From Phoronis australis (taxonomy: Eukaryota; Animalia; Phoronida), in assembly GCA_002633005.1 (NCBI GenBank), contig NMRA01000235.1, positions 386,964 through 450,963 on the forward strand: a stretch of 64,000 bases of DNA, given 5' to 3'. Shown piece by piece: positions 50,501 to 61,754 of this stretch (positions within the stretch are counted from its first letter, which is position 1; every line of letters starts with the position of its first letter). The notes under the pieces are model-generated. The model made no database searches and had not been told where the DNA came from. It was given only the letters and a program-made list of their open reading frames with translations. Made by a program: the position numbers and the translations under genes.

Positions 50501-53500
50501 GACAATACTTTTCTAAGTAATCAGGTCATCCAATCTGGTTAAAATAGGTCAAAGGTCATTAGTTACAAACTAAAATTTTGAGCTAGACACTTCAAATTGA
50601 CAGGTCTGATTGCCACAGGTAAATCAAATCGGAATCCAAAGTTTCAGGTTATTTAGTGCAAACATAGGGTCACTAGGTGCTTTTTTCTTCTGAAAATTTG
50701 ACCTTTTCAATCAACAAGTATTCTGATGTGTCAACCGTTAGACAACTGTGATTCTCAGCGTTAAACACATTTTCCTTGGGCTTTGCAATAATTCTCCTAA
50801 AGATGCTTAAAATGCACCGGATGAGGTCAATTAGTGCAAAGGTCATGTAACGTTCAACATGTTATATCTCTTACGTTTTTCAAGGAATTATTTTAAATTT
50901 CAGCACACTGGTGTAAGTCAACATGCCAATTGAATACCCTACTTTACTTTGCAATAGGCCTAACCAATCAGAAAAAAAATAGGTCAAAGGTCATTGAGTG
51001 CAAACTAAAATTTTGAGCTAGAGACTTCAGAATTACGTATCTGTATACTAAGTGCGATTGAGTTTGAATTCTAAATTTTCAGGTCATTAGGTGCATTTTT
51101 CTTCTGAAAGTTTGACCACTTGATTAATCTTGTGTTCTGAAGTGCTTAAAGTAAAACACCTGTGATTATTAGCATTAACCACACTTTTAATCGAGTTAAA
51201 AGTACTCCCTCATCGGGGCTCATAATGCACCGGAAGAGGTCAATTAGTGGAAAGGTCATCAAAAAATTAATATGTAATTTCTCCTACAATTTTAAAGAAT
51301 TCCTTTTCATATTGGTAAACGGGTTGCTGTCAGTAACTTCCCATAATAATTCCAGTAATACTTACGCGCAGAGTCCGTTATTGTCACGCCGTGACAATAA
51401 TCTTTCTAGTTGCAATGTACGTGGATTGGCTATATTTTCAGGCGATGATCCAAGGGGTCCCGGGATCTGTACCTCCTGCTCAATCTCCGGAAAAAAATCT
51501 GCTTTCAAGTAAACAGGTGCTAATGAATTCGATGCTGACTGTTCGGTATTTTACCCCAAATTAAGTTGGAAATCTTTGAATAATTTCTGTAACATCATCA
51601 ACTTATAAGTGCACATAATCCATATTATCTTGGATTAGTCAGAAACGGTTATTGACATTTAAATTCAAACGGGCGCCGGTGACCTAGTTTGATCCCTATA
51701 TTTTGAATGGTTAAAGCCATGCAACAACTCACGCACTGCGACTAAAGTTGAACCCTGGCTAACGCAATCAATAAAATCAAATCATGCAGTTGAACAGTTC
51801 TTGGATCCTACACGTGGGTATAAATTGGTGCCAAAAGCCAGGTGGGAATGTTTTGGCTATAACATAATCATGGATAAACGAAATCAACTTAATGTTGATT
51901 GCTTTTTTAAAAGATGACAACGACGTCGACATCTGAAAAAGCATCAACTGTGTTGTTTGGGGAGATAAGGATATGTCAGTTGCTGATGAAACATGGGGTA
52001 CGACGTCTTCAAATGCAGAAAATTCGTCGACTTTGCCAGATCTTTAAAAGCTCAAAATGAACCAGATGAAGTAGTGGACGCAAGAAATTGCGATTTTGTA
52101 ATGATTAACACAGATTACATAAAGGACCAGGAAGTCAATAGAATTATTGATATCCATTTTATTCAGATATCCCAGTTTGTAAACGGAGTGCCCAAAAGCA
52201 TCAAATTAATTATGAGTTGTTTGGAAACCTTCCCATGACTAGTATGCTCTGAGAGACAAAATGGTGGTTACTGTCACCGTGTGTACTCTTCGCCACTCGA
52301 GCAAGCAGTCGCGGTTTTCAGTTAAAAGTTTTCGTTGGGAAACCTGTTGCCGACTTCATCAGAGCCCTGGGAAAAGACGGCGTTTTGCCAAGTCACGAAT
52401 TAAACTAGTTTCACAAATACATGTATGCTGTTCCCACCTACACTGGGATAGTGTAAAGTTATGAAAATCGTGTAAAAGGGTTTGATGTGTTCATTCAAAA
52501 GGAGCAGCAGCGACAATATTATAACAACAAACTAGTAGCAGCGTCATTATTATAACAACAAAGGAGAAGCAACGTCAATATTATAACAACAAAGGAGCAG
52601 CAGCGTCAATATTATAACAACAAATGAGCATCAGCGTCAATATTATAACAAAAGAGCAGCAGCGTCAATATTATAACAACAAAGGAGCATCAGCGTCAAT
52701 ATTATAACAAAGGAGAAGCAGCGTCAATATTATAACAACAAAGGAGCACCAGCGGCAATATTATAACAACAAAGGAGCAGCAGCGTCAGTATTATAACAA
52801 CAAAGAAGCCCTTGTGAGCATAATTTAATGCATCGTAAATGTGGATCAGAAAGGATTAGAGCACTGAGTGGGAAACGGCATGGCCTCACACTTGAAAGCA
52901 TTTTCGAATAGTTGACCGGCAAGTGCGAAGTATCTCTCAAAAGATCTCGACATTTTAGACATACTAGTTGACGTTGTACGTGAATCCGTTTCCCCAAATA
53001 TCACAGACGAACAATGTCAATTTTAGCATAATGGCTGACAAACTTTCATACGACGTGATAAGCTAACACATTCTGTCTTTGTTGGAAAGGTTTCCAGAAT
53101 AGAGTTCAGGTACAGTCTTTACGTATTCACGTAGTACTACCTATCCATGGATGGCGGAACGCATTCATAAGACTATTCGTAAAAAAATTCGCGAGTTTAA
53201 TCTCCATCGAAAAACGTATGTGGCCAATCCTGAGACTGCACTGAGGTTCCTCTTATATTATGTGCAGCTTGCACAAGTCACAATCTAATTTTTCTTATTT
53301 CTCCTTCATCAAGCCTCCCCCAAATAACAACCTGTGTCACAGCCGTTAACGAAGCGTTCCAGTTTTTCAAAATTTTGCTGACAAGACCGGCATTTGTCAT
53401 GGACATGACTGCAAGAAAATTGATTAATCGAAGCTTCAAGACCTTCTCGAAAAGTTTGGTAGAAAGACGCAATTGACAATTTCATCAAGGCGCGTCCATG

Positions 53501-56500
53501 AGTGCATTGAATGAAGAAAGGTGGAGTGGGAGTGCTGAAGTTGAACCAAAGCTCAAGGAATCTTGGCAAATGTCGCAAATTTCGAAACAAGTGTTTCATT
53601 CGTTGTACTCGGGAATGTATTGTATACGTTAGAGCAGTGACATATGGATGTCAACGCTGAGTAGTCATCCGTTGGAAATGTCAAGTCGGATCCGCAAACC
53701 AACATAAAAATAGAAAAAAATAGGTAAATTAGAACTCCGACGTAAAGAAGTTTGCTGATCACTTTGGTGCAGAACAGCGTGCTCCTCGTACAAAAGTCAG
53801 GAGCACGTACAAGCAACAGATCCACCTAGTAGTCCTAACAAGTACTGCAAACGAGCATCTGTAATTCCTTTTATAGATGACGCCAATATTAAGCTATCAA
53901 GGCGATTTCCCGATCATTCAACGTCAGTTGCATATGCTTTTATGTCACATCTCGACTTGCATTCAACAACAATCAATTAACCAATGGCGAATATAGTTCG
54001 ATTGTCAAAAGTGTGCCTGACTTCAAGCAGTACCTACATGTACGGCACTACAAAAACCTCGTGATTAATCTCGAGATATGGCAGGCAAGATGAAAGGATG
54101 GCAAAGATTAGTCAGGTTCACTGATTTCAAAAACTATTCAAAAAACAGATGCCAAATATTCACGTGTTGTTACAGATGGGATGTGTGATTTCTGTCACTA
54201 GCTGAAAAGCGGAGTGGTGATAATCTACTGTTCGTTGAATAAAAACACGTTGAGGAAAACGATGACTGAAAGCCGATTAAGTTCCCTCGTGCTGTTTAAT
54301 AGTTGTCGCACTTAAATAAAAAAGGATTTGCATGATCCGTCAATTGGATGCAGCTTCATTGTTAGAAAGTCTCGTAGTTGAGTTCGGCGTTGTATGAGAA
54401 AAAATTGCTTGGTAGGTAGAGTTCAATATGTTTTACAAGATAGCTTGCGCTGAACTCACAGTTTTATTTTAGGGGTGCTACCGGCAAGTCTTTTCTTTAT
54501 CATTTACATCGCCCTGGATACCGCAGGAATACAAGGGCGATAGTACTGCACATCCCCACAAAAGTTACAAATTTCAAAATACAAGAAGTAAAATCAAACG
54601 AAACATGCGTATATGCACATGGAGTTATAATTAAATGATACCATACAGTAAGTCTGGAGACGATTCAGTCAAGGTAATTTTAAACAAATCGATGAAAATC
54701 TATCGAGTTTCTCTTACCGGGTGCCATTTTGATGACGTTACGTGAACTCACGCATGTAGATGAATATAAAGTCCAAGAGATAAAATCTTACCAGTTTCAC
54801 CTGATATCGTCCCATGCAACACAGACATTGTAAGTGTCACGCGCCAGCGTCACGCTCTTTACTTAGCCTTTGCCCTACTCACGTGAGAGTTGGAATATTT
54901 TGTGGTTATCACGCACGTGGTGAAAAAGTTAACGATGACCAAAAAGTGGTGTTGGAATTCTTCACCAAAGTCACCTTTATTCTAGTAACTAAGCTTCATC
55001 GAAGATATGTGTAGAAGTAGAAAGGAGCACTGAAGAAAGTAAGCGCTTTTTAAGTCACAGTTTTAAGTGTAGATTGTATTTTTGACGCGGATTTGGCCTA
55101 CCACCCGTTTAAAATACACGGGACATGGAAAGTGATGTAGCCCCTAACCGGCCAGCCGAGGGGCCACGCGTTGCCTAGCCTTTTCTTTGGTGTAAAACGT
55201 CACGAACCTGCATTGATTCAAGACTGCGTTGGGTCTAACCACAAAACACTACAATAACAGTAAGTGCAGACATTGGTGCGTTGTCAGGAGGATGGGAACA
55301 TGGACTCCACTGGGTAAAATCCTGAATCCGTGACTGTTATTTCTTTGTTCTTTTATGCACATGTAGCCTAGGGTTCAGTGACCATGGTTACGGTGCGTGA
55401 CTGTTTGCAAATCTTTGACACTTTTTAAACTGGAAATTAAGTACGCCATTGAGCTATATTTTTGTTACTGAATCAGCCAATGACTTTCTTTTTAGAATTG
55501 GAAGGTGCAAACCGTTAACTCTAGGCTTACGGTATGGACGCTCGCTAGCTCACAACTTGCGAATTCTGAGAGGCACTGGCGATGGTAGAACTAAGTCCAT
55601 TCGCAAATTTAGCGAAAGTTTTTGCAGCTTGACAATAAAAATTAATTTCGGGAAACCTGCCTGCGTGCTACTCACAGTCAGCTCGAATTAAGTGGCTCCG
55701 AAAACGACATTCCTATTTCGATTCCGAGTTCTAAAATACCATGCGGATTTTTCATTTCGTGTCCACCACTCGCCTGAAACCATACTTTTACGGCAACGAA
55801 ATGTTCAATTGTGTACGGGGATATCTCATGTATTTCATTGGTACATGTAAGGGCTATTTAGTCGGCGGCCGAAAGAAATTAAAGTAAAACAGATGTCACG
55901 ATTTAGCTTTATGACGCAAGCCACAAGTTATATTAATGTATCTAGACGTAAATGTCTTGCTCATTAAAATTCCCACCAGGGGATAGAGGAGGAATCCTTA
56001 TCCAATTTCTAGTTTAGAATCAATGAAATGCGTAACCCAAGATAGGGACAACAACTGTCCATGAAATGCGAATGTGGCAGGCGTACCCCAGCTGTAAACC
56101 CGCGATAGGGGAACACATCCACATTTTTGGTCCACATCAGACCCCCGCCGTAATCCGAAGACAGGGAGAAAAGGATTGGCTGATAATTTTTGAATAGGGA
56201 TAAAAGTTTTCAATTGCTTTAGCCATTTTGGCTAATAGCATTAAAGGTCTAGCGCAAGCCTAGTAACCGGCCGAATTAAATTAATTGACAACATGTCCAC
56301 TATGTATTCATAAACAAGCGTACTCCTTTCAATTCTCTGACCCAGGGAACATGGACGAAAACATCAAAATAATCTGACAGCAGAGTTTGCTACGTAAGTT
56401 ATTAGGAAACAGAATTTTGCATAATGGTGGCCTTCGTTTGCATTATTTAAAATGTTCAAGGATTGCGATAGATCACCTTCTGAATTGTAATCATGTGTCC

Positions 56501-59500
56501 CATTTTGGGTAACGAAAATAGGAAAGAACAATATTTCGGCGAGTAAATTTCAGAGTAATGTTGACGTTCACCGTAAAAATAGGACGAGTAATCAAGTGGC
56601 ATTCCAATACCTGACCTTTAACCTGTACCATACCAAAGTCAAACTAAGTTGAAATGTATGGGCTCACGTTGGCGATGTCCGTATTGCATTTTCTCAATGG
56701 CTGTTATGTTATCATAGCTTAACTGGATATCATTAGCTAACTAACTTATATGCACCAATCCAAAAGAGCATTTTCTTTATATTTGAAAAATATTTGAATA
56801 AATGAAAATTCACAAATCTGCTGCTATTGTACTAAACCATATGCATTGCAAACAGTGATATAAAGCAACTATTAAACGCTAAACTCTACTTCTTTGTTAC
56901 GCAGCTTAATATATTCTCGTTCGCAACATCCCCGTGTATACAAATGCAAATGACTTGATACATGTGAACTAGTCCACGTGCAACATGATATACGTTCGTT
57001 GAATACAGATACCTTTAACAACGTATTACATTTGTGCTAATTTACACTACTTCAGTAGGCGAATTAACCTGCAGAAATACCGAGTTGGGACATGACTATG
57101 AAGGATCGAAATCAACCACGCAGAAGGCGTTGACATGTAGAGTGTGGTCGAGTAATGATGTGCTCGAAAGATTGATGAAGAATCCGAAAGCTGAGGCGGG
57201 TTTTGACCGGATGCCATATTCCGTGCAGACATCTAACTTTTGCCGTAACCCAGACGACTCTCCGGGTGGTCCCTGGTGCTACATAGAAGGGAAGTTCCCG
57301 GAGAGGGATTATTGTGGCATCCCGTTTTGCAAAGAAAGTACGTCACTTTTAACTGTTATTTTGCTATTCTCGGACAGTTTATGGAGTGCTAACTCCAATC
57401 TTCCGGTCACTGAGTCTGCGCCGCGCATGCGTGAGATTTGTTTGCATTCATTTGTTCTGGTGTATATAATAGCAAAGTATATACCCTCATTAGCACTTTT
57501 CGCAACTCCGCCGTTTTTCAGCCGAAGTGCACAAGCATCACATCATTTGAAAGACCTTTCTCTGTTCTAGATGATCATTTCTAAACCAAACGATAAACAA
57601 TATAATTCGAAAAAAAAATTGAAAATTAATTAATAATTCGCTTACTGACTGTTTTGAAAATGCTCTTTGATCCTAAAAACCTGCATCTAGAGTGTAACAA
57701 AAATGGAAAAAATAACAGCGTAAATGATCCAGATCGCTTTTATAAATGATTAAGCGAGCCATTAGGGAAGTATTTATATAATATTTCTACCTTGTAAGTA
57801 CGGTGGTTTTAGAATCCCCCACACTTGCTGTGAATGATCTAGTCAAGCAGTCATCCAAAACTATACATTGGACTTAATTGTGCCGTTTTATACAATTACA
57901 TGTCCAGTAAAAATTCAGAATGCAGTNACTGTTATTTTGTTATTCTCGGACAGTTTATGGAGTGCTAACTCCAATCTTCCGGTCACTGAGTCTGCTCCGC
58001 GCATGCGTGAGATTTGTTTGCATTCATTTGTTCTGGTGTATATAATAGCAAAGTATATACCCTCATTAGCACTTTTCGCAACTCCGCCGTTTTTCAGCCG
58101 AAGTGCACAAGCATCACATCATTTGAAAGACCTTTCTCTGTTCTAGATGATCATTTCTAAACCAAACGATAAACAATATAATTCGAAAAAAAAATTGAAA
58201 ATTAATTAATAATTCGCTTACTGACTGTTTTGAAAATGCTCTTTGATCCTAAAAACCTGCATCTAGAGTGTAACAAAAATGGAAAAAATAACAGCGTAAA
58301 TGATCCAGATCGCTTTTATAAATGATTAAGCGAGCCATTAGGGAAGTATTTATATAATATTTCTACCTTGTAAGTACGGTGGTTTTAGAATCCCCCACAC
58401 TTGCTGTGAATGATCTAGTCAAGCAGTCATCCAAAACTATACATTGGACTTAATTGTGCCGTTTTATACAATTACATGTCCAGTAAAAATTCAGAATGCA
58501 GTGACACAAAAAGTGATAAAAATTTCCATGTATCTATCCAAAATTCGCTGATCGATGAATGATGGGCAAACTTATATCCCGGATCTTTGAATTTTACTGT
58601 ACATATCTCTTCTCAAAGGTTGCAGTGCAATACTTTCAGTAATCACGTAGCAATAAACCTTTTTTCAGAAAGTAAAAGTCAGTTATCCTTTGAAATGTAT
58701 AGTAGTGGTGTTCCTGTTAAGCGAAATTGAACTACATTTTTATGTTGTTATGTTACTAAAGAAAATAGGCTCTGGAAAATAACAATGTTCATCAAATATT
58801 TATACTGTACACTGTACACATACACATGTAGTTATCGCGGTTTTTTGCTTTTAATTGTGGATTTGCGGGTACATCAAAAACCCATTAACGTCACGAAATG
58901 AACGTAGAGCTATGTCGCAAGAAAAATTACATGTAGTATATGAAAAGATGAGAATTCTGCCGTGAGTCACATTTCATCATCGTGGCCTTGTCGCCGGCAT
59001 ACCTCGTTGCATCCCAAGGACAGGGACAAAAGGTTTGTCTAACAATTTTGACAATAGCTAAAAAAATTCAGATGCTTTAGTGCTTTTGATTAGTACATTT
59101 AATAATCTAGCGCGAGTCTTTGACCATATGTTCTCGATTTATTCAAAAACTAACGTACTCCATTCACTTCGCTGTCCAAGGGACCATGAACCAAAACATC
59201 AAAATAACTGATAACAGTTGTTGGTTTGGAAATTATTTGCAAACTCGAAGTTTGCATAATTGTGGCATATTTTAAAGAGCTCAAGGTCAATTTCCTTAAT
59301 TTTGAAAAAGCATGGAAGTAGTTATGCCACAAAACTGCAGCTCGTGTTGTAAATGGATATGCATTCAAGACAGTGGTATACAAATTTGATTAAAGGCACA
59401 ACGTTTTGTTAGAAAGCTTAATTTATCCCACGCGTGTTGAATCTGTCGAGTGAAATACTGACATGAAATAAAGTTTTCCGTATTCACCTCGCGCACTAAT

Positions 59501-61311
59501 TCAACAGCGACCTCTGATATGGAAAGTTCAAATGTTAGGTCAACGTCGACTCGACGTCTTCAGCCGGTTCGATCATCAAACTTTCCAAATATAGCTTAAA
59601 CTAATATAGCTGCAACACTGCAACGAACACACGACACGCAACCAGGCCCTAAACGGAAAATTTGGAACATAACTCATTAGAAGACACTTATGTCTCAGTT
59701 TTCAATTGCTGAATATTATATCGTCTGCAACACAGGCGAAGATTCCTAGGAATTTAAAATATCAAATATTGTTGTTTTTTAACTATTTCCAGGAGATGTT
59801 ACAAGTTCACTGCTCAGTTGCCGTTGTTTTCATATTTGATACCTCTTTTCAAGAAATAAATCGTTACGTTTTAAACTGTTTCTTTTACTAGAGAAAACTT
59901 GCAATCTAACGTGCAAGTACATGCATATAGAATGTGATTTGCCATGTGAACAGTCTGGATGAAGTATTTGTAAAATCTGCCGAAAAAATGTAAGAAACGT
60001 AGGAATTCGAAAAGCATGGGAAAAATACAAAACGTATCTCGATTGACCTACACTGTACATGAAGTAATATCCCACGAGACAATATTCCGCGTATCGCCAT
60101 TCTCGGTACGCTTTGTGTATTTATTGTCATTTGCAACCTGTATACTAATCCGCATGCATTCGGAAAGTGTTAAAAAAGTGACACGTGTGTACTAATTCAC
60201 ATGCAACGTGATATGTGCTCGCTGAATTCAGATGCCTCTAACAACGTGGTACATTTGTGCTAATTTACACTCCTGCAGTAAGCGGATTAACATGTAAAAC
60301 AACCAAGTTGGGACATGACTATAAAGGATCGAAATCCACCACCAAGAAAGGTCTCACGTGCAGAGTTTGGTCGGATTATGAGGTAGTCAATAGATTGATG
60401 GGGATTGGAAATGCTGAGGTGACTTATTTCCTGTTACCAAAATCCATACAGAGGTCCAACTTTTGCCGTAATCTAGACGACTCTCCGGATGGTCCCTGGT
60501 GTTACATAGAAGGACAGTTCCCTGCGAGGGATTATTGTGGTATCCCATTCTGCACAGGGTGTAAGTGACTTTTAGTCTATCTTTTATTATCAGCGGACAG
60601 TTTATGTTGTCTCAACTTCAATCTTGCGGCCGCAGGGTTTGCGCCGCGCTTGCGTTTCTCAGTTTTAGTGGAACGGAAAGAAGGGCTATTTCACGAGAAA
60701 ATTTACAGTAATACATGAAAATAGGCAAATTTTGCAGCGTGTCAAAAAGCGCGACATTTTGAAGATGTGGCGTTTTTGCGAGAAAAATTCCAAAAAGTTT
60801 AGGTATTGGACATGTTAGGGAGAACTGACAAACACAGTGTACGCTGCAGCAACACAAGATATTGGTCTAGATTATCTCACCAGATAAAAGTTTCACTTTA
60901 TATTTTATTACACGTTCACAGGTAAATAGTTCACGAAACATTTAATACTTAGAAATCGTAATAATTACAAATTATTCGGGAAACTGTAAATTGATTATTG
61001 CACATATAAATTAATATAGCAGAAATGGAAACGGTAGTAGTTATCTTATTATGGAAGCAACATAACTACGCAACACAGACACAGAAACGCTCTCAAACAC
61101 ACAGACACGCGCTCACACTAATTTAAATACATATATACAGTAATTTGTTGAATGCACGACACTTTTCATTTTTCACGGTCTTCATTCCGTTGCGTTCATA
61201 CTTTCTGAACAAGTGTCGTGCATTCAACAAATTCTGTATAACAGAAAACTTGCTCCCGAAGTACAGTCAGTTCAAGTTATATACAGTAATATATATGTGT
61301 GTGTTTGTGTG

Positions 61312-61342
<31 letters not shown>

Positions 61343-61723
61343 TTGTGTAACGTACGTTCTTGTACGAATATTCTTTCAAAGTTATTTAGGTTGTTGAAAT
61401 GGTCCTAAAACTCGAGCTGAAAAGATNATAGCAGAAATGGAAACGGTAGTAGTTATCTGCATATGGAAGCAACATAACTACGCAACACAGACACAGAAAC
61501 GCTCTCAAACACACAGACACGCGCTCACACAAATTTAAATATATATATACAGTAATTTGTTGAATGCACGACACTTTTCATTGTTCACGGTCTTCATTCC
61601 GTTGCGTTCATACTTTCTGAACAAGTGTCGTGCATTCAACAAATTCTGTATAACAGAAAACTTGCTCCCGAAGTACAGTCAGTTCAAGTTATATACAGTA
61701 ATATATATGTGTGTGTTTGTGTG

Positions 61724-61754
<31 letters not shown>

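Noticed and set aside
52498-52804. CRISPR-like array
   Set aside because: Units are contiguous without unique spacers, the context is eukaryotic and no cas genes are present. It is a minisatellite.
36332-60560. Naming the gene KREMEN, plasminogen or apolipoprotein(a)
   Set aside because: Domain order and number differ, and no CUB, TM, PAN or protease exon is seen.
6632-60560. Functional cluster of an O-glycan enzyme and a glycan-binding WSC protein
   Set aside because: Adjacency across about 21 kb of repeats is the only link. No shared regulation is visible.
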